Assembly (NCBI GenBank): GCA_963654505.1
Contig: CAVKBJ010000001.1
Location: 1-49,641, forward strand
Direction of reading: 5' to 3'
Length of the DNA stretch: 49,641 nucleotides
Origin: Lachnospiraceae bacterium
GTDB taxonomy: Bacteria > Bacillota > Clostridia > Oscillospirales > Oscillospiraceae
The notes under the pieces: generated by a model
Seen by the model: the letters and a program-made list of their open reading frames with translations, nothing else
Databases searched by the model: none
Told to the model about the DNA's origin: nothing
Part shown: piece after piece, positions 28,413 to 36,360 of the stretch
How positions within the stretch are numbered: the stretch's first letter is position 1
Layout: the number at the start of each line of letters is the position of its first letter
Position numbers and translations under genes: made by a program

Positions 28413-28969
28413 GCGCTCTCCCCCTCTCCGTCGCGGCGGTAGAGCGTGACCTTGATCCTGCCGTAGCGGTACTCGCGCGCGACGCGGTAGGGCGCGCTGA
28501 GCGCGGGCAGCTCCTTTTCCGCGGGGCTTTCCGCGAGCATGACGCCGTTCGGCGCGAGCAGGTCGAAGCGCGCGATGTGCGCGATGGCGCGTTCGAGCAG
28601 ATCGCCGGCGTAGGGCGGGTCGAGGAAAATGATGTCGAACCTCTGCCGCAGGGCGTTGAGATAGGCCATCGACTCACCGCAGACGACCTGTGCGCCGTCC
28701 GTCAGCTTCGTGAGCGCCAGATTTTCGCGGATGAGCTTCACCGCGTCGCTGCGCTGATCGACGAACACCGCGCTCTCCGCGCCGCGGGAGAGCGCCTCGA
28801 TGCCGAGCTGCCCCGTGCCCGCGAACAGATCGAGCACCCGCGCGCCCTCCACCTCGAACTGAATGGCGGAGAAGATGCCCTCCTTGACCTTGTCCGTGGT
28901 CGGGCGGGTGTCGTATCCCTTTAATTCGTTCAGCCGGCGCCCGCGCGCCGAGCCGGTGATGACTCTCAT
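28409..28969 (-). CDS. rsmD: 16S rRNA m2G966 methyltransferase
   Basis: MRVITG, RPTTDKVKE, LDLFAGTG and DPPY motifs. Confidence 0.95.
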   Translation of the reverse strand: MRVITGSARGRRLNELKGYDTRPTTDKVKEGIFSAIQFEVEGARVLDLFAGTGQLGIEALSRGAESAVFVDQRSDAVKLIRENLALTKLTDGAQVVCGESMAYLNALRQRFDIIFLDPPYAGDLLERAIAHIARFDLLAPNGVMLAESPAEKELPALSAPYRVAREYRYGRIKVTLYRRDGEGESA

Positions 28970-29123
28970 AGAGCTTCCTTTCCGCCGCCGCGCGGCGTCC
29001 GTTTCTTCCTCCCTATCGTACCGAAAAGTGCGCCATATTGCAAGTAGTCGCGCAAAATTTTTTCTTATGCAGGATAACCATCTCTTTTTTCTTTCTCCTG
29101 CATGATTTCCTGCAAATTGGCAC

Positions 29124-29184
29124 TTGCAAAATCCAAAGGGGCGTTGTATAATGTCTTCGCAATTTATAGATTTTGTCTATAAAT
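29124..29184 (+). promoter_or_regulatory. SigA promoter plus palindromic operator candidate
   Basis: TTGCAA-17-TATAAT (29124-29152); ATTTATAGA-N5-TCTATAAAT (29162-29184). Confidence 0.7.
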
Positions 29185-29211
29185 CAGTTTTTATAAAAGA
29201 GAGTGTGTATT

Positions 29212-30444
29212 ATGGAAAAGAAAAAGCTCAGCCTGCCGGTACAGATCTTCATTGCTCTAGTACTCGGCGTCGTGGTCGGTCTGATCTTCTACTTCGCCGG
29301 TATGCCCGAATTCACGGCCAACTACCTCAAGCCCTTCGGCACCATCTTCGTCAACCTCCTCAAGTTCATCGTCGTTCCCGTCGTGCTGCTGTCGATGATC
29401 GACGGCATCATCTCCATGGGCGATATGAAGAAGGTCGGCTCCGTCGGCTGGAAAACGGTCGCCTACTTCCTCGCCACCACCGCCATCGCCTGCGTGATCG
29501 GTCTGCTGTTCGCGAATATCTTCAACAACGCCGGCTGGTTCCCGACACTCTCCCTCGAAGAGGGCGCGACTTGGGATAAGGCCACCAGCGCCAACTTCAT
29601 GGATACCCTCGTCGCCATTTTCCCAAGCAATATGTGGGAGGCGTTCCGCAACGCCGATATGCTTCAGGTCATCGTCATCGCCATCTTCTTCGGCGGCGGC
29701 ATCCTCGCGGCCGGTGAAAAGGGCGCGCTGGCCAAAGACCTCGTTTCCTCGCTCTACGCGGTCATCGACCGCGTGATGGCCTTCATCATCGCGCTCAGCC
29801 CCATCGGCGTTTTCACCATGATGGCGTGGGTCGTCGCCACGCAGGGTCCCGAGATCCTCGGCTCGCTCGCGCTGGTCATCGGCTGCGCCTACATCGGCTA
29901 CGTCGTCCACGCGGTCTTGTGCTACTCCCTCTCGGTCAGGGTCTTTGCCGGTCTCAGCCCTGTCACCTTCTTCAGGAAAGCCGCGCCCGCGATGATCTTC
30001 GCCTTCACCTCCACTTCCTCCGCCGCGACCATTCCTCTGAGCAAGGAGTGCGCGGATGAGCTGGGCGCGGAGAACGATGTGTCCTCCTTCGTCATCCCCC
30101 TCGGCGCGACGATCAATATGGACGGCACCGCCATCTATCAGTGCGTCGCCACCATCTTCCTCGCCACCTGCTGCGGCATGACGCTCACGCTCGGCCAGAT
30201 GGTCACCATCGTCGTCACCGCGACGCTGGCCTCCATCGGCACCGCCGGTACGCCTGGCGCGGGCATGATCATGCTGGCAATGGTGCTTCAGGCCATGAAC
30301 ATCCCCGTCGATATGATCATGATCATCTACGGCGTGGACCGCCTGTTCGACATGGGCCGCACCTGCATCAACATCACCGGCGACATCTCCTGCGCGGTGT
30401 GCGTCACCAAATGGGAAAGCAAAAAGCAATCTGCCGCTAAGTAA
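29212..30444 (+). CDS. Dicarboxylate/amino acid:cation symporter (DAACS)
   Basis: STSSAAT, GATINMDG and DRLFDMGRT motifs. Confidence 0.92.
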   Translation: MEKKKLSLPVQIFIALVLGVVVGLIFYFAGMPEFTANYLKPFGTIFVNLLKFIVVPVVLLSMIDGIISMGDMKKVGSVGWKTVAYFLATTAIACVIGLLFANIFNNAGWFPTLSLEEGATWDKATSANFMDTLVAIFPSNMWEAFRNADMLQVIVIAIFFGGGILAAGEKGALAKDLVSSLYAVIDRVMAFIIALSPIGVFTMMAWVVATQGPEILGSLALVIGCAYIGYVVHAVLCYSLSVRVFAGLSPVTFFRKAAPAMIFAFTSTSSAATIPLSKECADELGAENDVSSFVIPLGATINMDGTAIYQCVATIFLATCCGMTLTLGQMVTIVVTATLASIGTAGTPGAGMIMLAMVLQAMNIPVDMIMIIYGVDRLFDMGRTCINITGDISCAVCVTKWESKKQSAAK

Positions 30445-30459
30445 GCGCCGTCAGCAGCG

Positions 30460-30487
30460 AAAGCCGCCCCGCGCGGGGCGGCTTTTT
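30460..30487 (+). terminator. Intrinsic terminator
   Basis: AAAGCCGCCCC/GGGGCGGCTTT stem plus T tract. Confidence 0.8.
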
Positions 30488-30563
30488 CCTGTTGCAATCC
30501 GTCCGCCGGCGGCGTACAATGAGTGTGCTTTGCCGCGTCAAGCGGCACAGGGAGGAACGAATC

Positions 30564-31529
30564 ATGACAAATCGAAAGCGCGGGTATCTGCTCATTCTGC
30601 TGGCGGCGATGATCTTTTCTACCACCGAGGTAGCGCTCAAGGCGCTCGGCGGCGCGTTCGCGCCCATGCAGCTCACCGTCGAGCGCGTGCTCGTCGGCGG
30701 GCTTGCCCTGCTGCCCTTCGCGCTGCGCGAGCTGCGCCGACGCGGGCTTCACTTCAGCAGAGACGACTGGCGGTACTTCCTCCTGCTCGGCTTTCTGACG
30801 GTCATGGTCCATATGTCTCTGCTGCAAATGGCGGTGCTGCACGCGGACGCCTCGGCGGTCGCCATCATCTATTCCGGCAATCCGATCTTCGCCGTCTTTT
30901 TTTCGCGGCTCATTCTGCACGACCGCATCCGCCGCAATCATCTCGTCGCGGTCGCATTCGAGGTCGTCGGCATTCTCTTCATTCTCAATCCCGCGCACCT
31001 TGAAATGAGCCTGCGCGGCTTTGTCGAGATCCTGTTCGCGACGGTCTGCTTCGCCTGCTACGGTGTGCTCTGCAAGCTGCGCGTCGATCGTCTGGGCAGC
31101 ACGATCATCGCCGCGATGAATATGCTCCTCGGCGGTGCGGAGCTGCTCGCGCTGCTGCTGCTCGGCAGGATCGAGCCGGTCGCGCGGCTTTTGGAGCGTA
31201 TTGGGCTTTCCCTGTTCGCCCGCGTTCCGCTGACCACCGGCTTCACCCCGCTCACCGCCGCCGCGCTGCTCTACGTAGGCGTCGTGGTCGCGGGCGGCGG
31301 ATTTCTCCTCACCGGTCAGATCGCCAAGGACACCTCTGCCACAGAAGCCTCGTTCATGTACCTGCTCAAGCCGATCTTCGCGACGGTCATCGCCGCTGTC
31401 GCGCTGCACGAGACGATCAGCGTCAACCGCATGGTCGGCATTGCGTTTTTCATCGCCGCCTCGCTGTGCGTCAGCGTTCCCGTGCTGCGCGAGCTGCGGC
31501 ACGAGGCCGCGGCGCAGCCGCCGCAGTAG
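30564..31529 (+). CDS. DMT/EamA family transporter
   Basis: About ten hydrophobic segments in two repeats; GGAGG RBS; TTGCAA-17-TACAAT promoter at 30492-30520. Confidence 0.85.
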   Translation: MTNRKRGYLLILLAAMIFSTTEVALKALGGAFAPMQLTVERVLVGGLALLPFALRELRRRGLHFSRDDWRYFLLLGFLTVMVHMSLLQMAVLHADASAVAIIYSGNPIFAVFFSRLILHDRIRRNHLVAVAFEVVGILFILNPAHLEMSLRGFVEILFATVCFACYGVLCKLRVDRLGSTIIAAMNMLLGGAELLALLLLGRIEPVARLLERIGLSLFARVPLTTGFTPLTAAALLYVGVVVAGGGFLLTGQIAKDTSATEASFMYLLKPIFATVIAAVALHETISVNRMVGIAFFIAASLCVSVPVLRELRHEAAAQPPQ

Positions 31530-31546
31530 CCCCCTTTCCATACAGA

Positions 31547-31579
31547 AAAGCTCCGGACGCTTTTGCATTCGGAGCTTTT
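31547..31579. terminator. Bidirectional terminator
   Basis: AAAGCTCCG/CGGAGCTTT stem between convergent genes. Confidence 0.65.
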
Positions 31580-31582
31580 ATT

Positions 31583-32470
31583 TCAGAAATCGACCGTGCC
31601 GTCGAGCACCCGGAGGTCATACGGCTCAAAGACGACCTCGCGGTACCTCTCCACGTCCAGCGGCACACCCGTCCAGTCGGAGTGGAGGTCGCCGTTCTGC
31701 TTGATGAGAATGTCGTAGAGAATATCATAGGTCACACCGTCCCCGTCCCGCTCCACGATGGTGGAATAGGGCAGCGTCTTGTGATAGGTCATGTGCAGGC
31801 CCTTGTGGGCGAAGTGGAAGCCGTTGCGCATCCGACAGCCGTCCAGCCCCATGTAGGTGAACTGCTTTTTGAGATCCTGCAAAATTTTGTCGTTTTCCTC
31901 CTCGTAGAGGTTCTCGGGCGTAGTCTCGGTATAGTCATAGCGGAACTGGATGGGAATGTCATACTTCCCCCAGCGCTCGACGTACCCGGTGAGCTTGTCC
32001 GCGGGATAATTTTTGTAGAGCACGCAGTTGATGCGCTTGGGCGTGGCGATAGCGGCCACGACCTCGTCGGGCGACTCCTCAACGTAGCGCTGGAGATGGC
32101 GGGAAACGTTGATGCAGGTGATCTTGTCCGCGTTGCGGCGTGTAAAGGCAATCATCTCCTCCGCGCTGCACCCCGGCTGGACGGGGAAGGTGGTGTTGAT
32201 ATACACCTTATGCGTGCCCGGGATCGCGTCGAGCATCCGCTGTAAGTCGTCAAGCTGGGCGAACGGCTCGCCGCCGGTGAAAACGAAGTCGCATTCCGGT
32301 GTGATCCCGTCCACCACGGCGATGGACTTCAAAATGGCCTCGACGCTGAAGCCCACACAGTCGGCATATTCCTTTTTATTGATACAGAAGGGGCAGTGGT
32401 TGCGGCAGTCGTAGGGAACAAAGATAGTGACCGTCGCCCCGCCCGCCCTCGTTTTGTAGGGGTGGCTCAT
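31583..32470 (-). CDS. Radical SAM protein of unknown function
   Basis: CRNHCPFC (CxxxCxxC) and FTGGEP motifs. Confidence 0.85.
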   Translation of the reverse strand: MSHPYKTRAGGATVTIFVPYDCRNHCPFCINKKEYADCVGFSVEAILKSIAVVDGITPECDFVFTGGEPFAQLDDLQRMLDAIPGTHKVYINTTFPVQPGCSAEEMIAFTRRNADKITCINVSRHLQRYVEESPDEVVAAIATPKRINCVLYKNYPADKLTGYVERWGKYDIPIQFRYDYTETTPENLYEEENDKILQDLKKQFTYMGLDGCRMRNGFHFAHKGLHMTYHKTLPYSTIVERDGDGVTYDILYDILIKQNGDLHSDWTGVPLDVERYREVVFEPYDLRVLDGTVDF

Positions 32471-32568
32471 AGCAGTTGTGTCCGTCCTATTGCAAAATTC
32501 AATAGATAGTTTACTCCCTTAACGGAAAAATTGCAAGGAGAAAAAACGCAAAAAGAGCGCCTATCTCC

Positions 32569-33117
32569 TCATTTTTTCTCCTTTTCCTGCCGCAGCAGAC
32601 CGCGGACATAGGCAAAGGCGGCGTCCTCGCCCTCGTCGCGGAGCACGCGCAGCATCTCCTCGATCGTGTCGCTCGTCTCGGGATGGATGATAATATGGCT
32701 CTTCGAGCGCAAATAGTAGTCATACGGCGCGGCGTCGGTGTACTTGTCCTTGAGATAGATCCTGCAGGCGGCGATGCGGTCACAGAACATCTCTGCGACA
32801 TAGCGCAGCGGCATTCTGCACCCACCCATGTACACGCTCCCGTCGGGCGCGATGCAGTAGTCGATCCAGTATTCAAAGTGATGGCGGTTGCGCCCCTTGT
32901 GGTGCAGCCATGCAAGGCTCACGCCGTTGCGCTTGCGCTCGGCGTCGTTTGGGCTGCGGTAGCCCTGATAGTATTTCGCGCCGCGCCAGAACTCGCAGGG
33001 CTCATACTTGCTCAGGTCGTGCAGAAGTCCCTGCCGGTAAAGGCCGAGACGAAAGCAGTAGCTGCACACCAGATGCCGGTGGTGCGTGATAGTCTTAAAA
33101 TGTGCCAAAGGCTGCAT
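32569..33117 (-). CDS. DUF5662-like HD-type protein
   Basis: HDLSKY, HHKGRNRHH and EMFCDR motifs; start re-set to ATG 33117 (GGAGG RBS). Confidence 0.7.
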   Translation of the reverse strand: MQPLAHFKTITHHRHLVCSYCFRLGLYRQGLLHDLSKYEPCEFWRGAKYYQGYRSPNDAERKRNGVSLAWLHHKGRNRHHFEYWIDYCIAPDGSVYMGGCRMPLRYVAEMFCDRIAACRIYLKDKYTDAAPYDYYLRSKSHIIIHPETSDTIEEMLRVLRDEGEDAAFAYVRGLLRQEKEKK

Positions 33118-33416
33118 GGCGGCTCCTCCCGCGCTCAAAGGATCGTGATTGAGCCTATTGTAGCATACCCGTCAAGGATTATCCACCGTCTTTTTTCGCG
33201 CGGACGCGAAATACAGTGAGGGCGCAAGCCATGTCGCGCTATCGCCTAATCGACATTACGGAAACGCGCTTGGCATCAGTGAAGACGTTCGTACCGGCGG
33301 CGTTCCGCGCGAGAAGCAGTCCCCGCCGGACCGGACATTTCGGCAATCGCCGCATAAGAAAAGCCCGGATGGATTTTCTCTGATAACTCGGCATAGCCTT
33401 CCGGCATTGCTTTCGG

Positions 33417-33944
33417 AATAATTCCTTTTTCTCTTTGCTACACGAAAATGATCAGGGCTTACACTATATGCCGCCTGAGACCATCTCGAAAATTTCTTCT
33501 CCAACTGGGGCGATGATGGCAATTGCGCTAATGCACCATTCCCACCAATGGCTTTATGATGGATGCAAACGAGAGGCTGAAAAGGCGCTCCTTGAAAAGA
33601 ACACGATGATTTTTTGCGGACATGAGCATTACTCTGCAACACAGGAAATTGCATATAATGGGGGTGCACCAGCCCGTGTTTTCTGTGGAGGAAGCCTTTG
33701 TAATATGGGGGACTGGTCAGATAGTGAGTTTTTTGCTTGCGTATATGACACAGATCAGGAGAGATTTACGCAGTACCAATTTAGATGGGAGAAAAACAGC
33801 GAAATATACTGTCGCAACCAAGTCGAAGAGGGATATCTGGCATATAAACACTCTACAGATTGCCCTAAAAGACAGAACAGGAAGCACATTGATGCTTTGA
33901 TAGAAGATAGAAGTATCCATATTTCGGAAAAATTATCGGACTAG
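33417..33944 (+). pseudogene. Internal fragment of a calcineurin-like metallophosphoesterase gene
   Basis: LMHH and FCGHEH (late motifs) present, early DxH/GD/GNHD motifs absent; no RBS; AT-rich. Confidence 0.6.
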
Positions 33945-34347
33945 GGGAGACTACTTCTGTACAGAGCTTAGAGAGAACAATAGCAGAGAATATGTATATA
34001 GGAAACTATTATTTGGCTATGTATAGAAAAGACAATCGGGTAGAAGTGTGCATTAAAAAGATGCGCTAAATGTGAGTGACGAAAAAGGTATACCAGCTGT
34101 ACTATATTTTCAAGGAAGATGCGTTTGGCGCTTGTGAGCTTGTGCGTGTATTTTCCCTTCAAAGTCCCCTGAAAAGGACCTTGAAAGTCCCTGCCGGATA
34201 GTGCTATGATTATCCTGTAAATAAAGGATGTTCTCTGATGCTATGGCATTGGGGAGCATCCTTTTTTGCGGCAAAAACGCGAAAGCCGAAGAGAGAATGA
34301 CTTTTTTCGGTATTATGCGATCAATTGTGCAGTAAGGAAGGGTAGAC

Positions 34348-34545
34348 ATGAGAGAAAAACCGTTTGCGGATTATCCGGATATTGTAAATATTGATCAGCT
34401 CAGAGAGATGCTGGGGGGCGTTGGTTACAAAGCAGCTTACCGCTTGCTGCATGATGGGAGCATACGCTGTTTCAAGATAGGAAAAGCCTTCCGTATCCCA
34501 AAGGCCAGCGTTATTGAGTATTTACATGAGAAGCCGAAAATTTAA
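34348..34545 (+). CDS. xis: Excisionase-like HTH protein
   Basis: 65 aa, YPDIVNIDQL..LG...AY.L...G.I...KIG..FRIPK pattern; upstream of the integrase. Confidence 0.8.
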   Translation: MREKPFADYPDIVNIDQLREMLGGVGYKAAYRLLHDGSIRCFKIGKAFRIPKASVIEYLHEKPKI

Positions 34546-34661
34546 ATGCTTACGGCGCCCAAAATAAAGTCTTGCGCGTCATTGTTCCTGCGGGTTCGAT
34601 ATGCTAAAATGACATTGTCATTGGCAGAAATTCCGCTGCTACGAAAAGGGAGGTAAACAAA

Positions 34662-35885
34662 ATGGTAGCAGGTCATCTGCAAGAGAAAAAAGGATTGTTT
34701 TATGTGGTGCTTAACTTCATTGATGCAGAGGGAAAAAGAAAATCGAAGTGGATCTCAACGGGACTTCCGGTAAAGGGGAATAAGCGCAAAGCGGAGGCGG
34801 TGCTGCTCGCAGAACGGCAGAAATATCAGTCTGGTGATTATTGCCTCGCAGCAGATGCGAATATGCTTTTTGCGGACTACATGCTCTATTGGCTCAGACA
34901 GGTAAAGGCTTCTGTAGACGTGACGACCTATGCTGGCTACAAGACGAATGTGGAAAAACGCATAGTGCCTTTTTTCCGCAGGCGAAAGGTCACGCTGGGT
35001 GGGCTGCGAGCCGGAGACATCCAAGACTTCTACACCTATTGCTCGGTTGAATTGGGGAGCAGCAACAATACGATCATCAAGTATCATGCCAATATTAGCA
35101 AGGCTTTGAATGATGCCGTCCGGATAGACAAGATCCTGATGACTCCTGTGAAACGCGGTATGCGTCCCAAAATGACGGAGCATATCGGAAAATTTTATAC
35201 GCTGGCAGAGGTTGAGAAACTGCTTGCGTGTATAAAGGGTGATGGCGCAGAGTTCCCGGTTCTGATGGCGGCGTTCTACGGCCTTCGGCGCGAAGAGATC
35301 ATGGGGCTCCGCTGGCAGTCGATTGATTTTGACGGGAATACGATCACAATCAGCCATACGGTCGTGCAGGTCAATATTGACGGCAAGAGCACCGCCATTG
35401 CAAAGGACCGTGCAAAGAGCAAAAAGAGTTACCGCACGCTGCCGTTAGTTCCGCAGTATCGCGAGCTGCTGCTGCGGATGAGGGAACATCAGGATGCCTG
35501 CCGGGAGCTTTGCGGTAATTGCTATTTTGAGAGCGAATATATTTACGTGAATGATCTTGGACAACCGTTCAAACCCAACTATGTGACGCAGCATTTCAAG
35601 CTGTTTCTGAGGAATAACGGCCTGCGGGAGATCACCTTTCACGAACTGAGGCATACCTGTGCAAGCCTTCTGCTCAAGAGTGGAGTTTCGATGAAGGACA
35701 TTCAGGAATGGCTGGGCCACAGCAGCTACAGCACGACCGCAAATATCTATGCGCATCTGGACTCAACCGCAAAGAAAATTACGGGCGATGCGATGCAGGG
35801 GAATGTGGATATCAGCGCAAATGTTGCAGCGAAAAGCCGAGCAAGAACGCAAAAAAGGGAAGAATTTAGGAGAGAACTGGGGTAA
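34662..35885 (+). CDS. int: Tyrosine integrase
   Basis: N-terminal arm-binding-like region; catalytic GLRREE, HELRH, LGHS and IYAH all present; GGAGG RBS. Confidence 0.95.
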   Translation: MVAGHLQEKKGLFYVVLNFIDAEGKRKSKWISTGLPVKGNKRKAEAVLLAERQKYQSGDYCLAADANMLFADYMLYWLRQVKASVDVTTYAGYKTNVEKRIVPFFRRRKVTLGGLRAGDIQDFYTYCSVELGSSNNTIIKYHANISKALNDAVRIDKILMTPVKRGMRPKMTEHIGKFYTLAEVEKLLACIKGDGAEFPVLMAAFYGLRREEIMGLRWQSIDFDGNTITISHTVVQVNIDGKSTAIAKDRAKSKKSYRTLPLVPQYRELLLRMREHQDACRELCGNCYFESEYIYVNDLGQPFKPNYVTQHFKLFLRNNGLREITFHELRHTCASLLLKSGVSMKDIQEWLGHSSYSTTANIYAHLDSTAKKITGDAMQGNVDISANVAAKSRARTQKREEFRRELG

Positions 35886-35891
35886 AAATGA

Positions 35892-35934
35892 GAAATGACT
35901 GGGTTTCTCCAAAACGGAAAAACCCAGTCATTTC
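35892..35934. terminator. Hairpin between convergent int and tRNA
   Basis: GAAATGACTGGGTTT/AAACCCAGTCATTTC 15-bp stem. Confidence 0.7.
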
Positions 35935-35937
35935 AGG

Positions 35938-36023
35938 TGGTGCCGGTGGTGGGACTCGAACCCACACGGAGTCGCCCCCGGCGGATTTTGAATCCGCTAC
36001 GTCTACCATTCCATCACACCGGC
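35938..36023 (-). tRNA. tRNA-Leu (CAA)
   Basis: Acceptor GCCGGTG/CACCGGC, anticodon arm GCGGA-TTCAAAA-TCCGC, long variable arm, GGTTCGAGTCC, encoded CCA. Confidence 0.96.
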
Positions 36024-36055
36024 ACATTTTATCGAGAAGCTCCCTAAAATCCTCA

Positions 36056-36077
36056 TAGGAGAGAACAAGGAGAGAAC
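36056..36077 (+). repeat. Tandem AGGAGAGAAC repeats (putative integrase arm sites)
   Basis: TAGGAGAGAAC-AAGGAGAGAAC; identical copy at 35867-35877. Confidence 0.6.
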
Positions 36078-36098
36078 TCACTATAAAAGCTATATTTT

Positions 36099-36127
36099 AT
36101 TGTATCTGGGAAGCCTTGAAAAATCAA
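36099..36127 (-). promoter_or_regulatory. Promoter of the intact tRNA-Leu
   Basis: TTGATT-17-TACAAT. Confidence 0.6.
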
Positions 36128-36164
36128 GGTTTTTATCAGATTTCATACTGCCAGACTTACTGGC

Positions 36165-36202
36165 TTTTGAGTCCGTCGCGTCTACCATTCCATCACACCG
36201 AC
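36165..36202 (-). pseudogene. 5' half of a second tRNA-Leu(CAA), ending in the anticodon loop (att junction)
   Basis: GTCGGTGTGATGGAATGGTAGACGCGACGGACTCAAAA, 33/38 identical to the intact tRNA 5' half. Confidence 0.88.
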
Positions 36203-36215
36203 AGGAACAAAAGTT

Positions 36216-36244
36216 ATTATAGTAGATACAGTGCCGATTTGCAA
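36216..36244 (-). promoter_or_regulatory. Host tRNA promoter
   Basis: TTGCAA-17-TATAAT, 13 nt upstream of the tRNA 5' fragment. Confidence 0.8.
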
Positions 36245-36360
36245 GATAAATTTTCACAGTGAAAAGTGAAAAAGAGGACTACCCTTTTTATAGGGCTTGT
36301 GCTATACTGTTTTCTGTATTAGTAGGATTATGCCCAAAGCAGGGCGAAGGAGGGGAATGC

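Larger units (their letters stand above)
33417..36170. mobile_element. Reduced integrative element at tRNA-Leu(CAA)
   Basis: AT-richer than flanks; xis-int; junction in the tRNA anticodon loop at 36165-36170; left boundary approximate. Confidence 0.75.

Noticed and set aside
33140..33420. Left att site carrying the displaced tRNA 3' half
   Set aside because: No tRNA-like sequence found; the left boundary stays unresolved
35866..36081. 71 aa minus-strand ORF
   Set aside because: Runs through the tRNA-Leu gene
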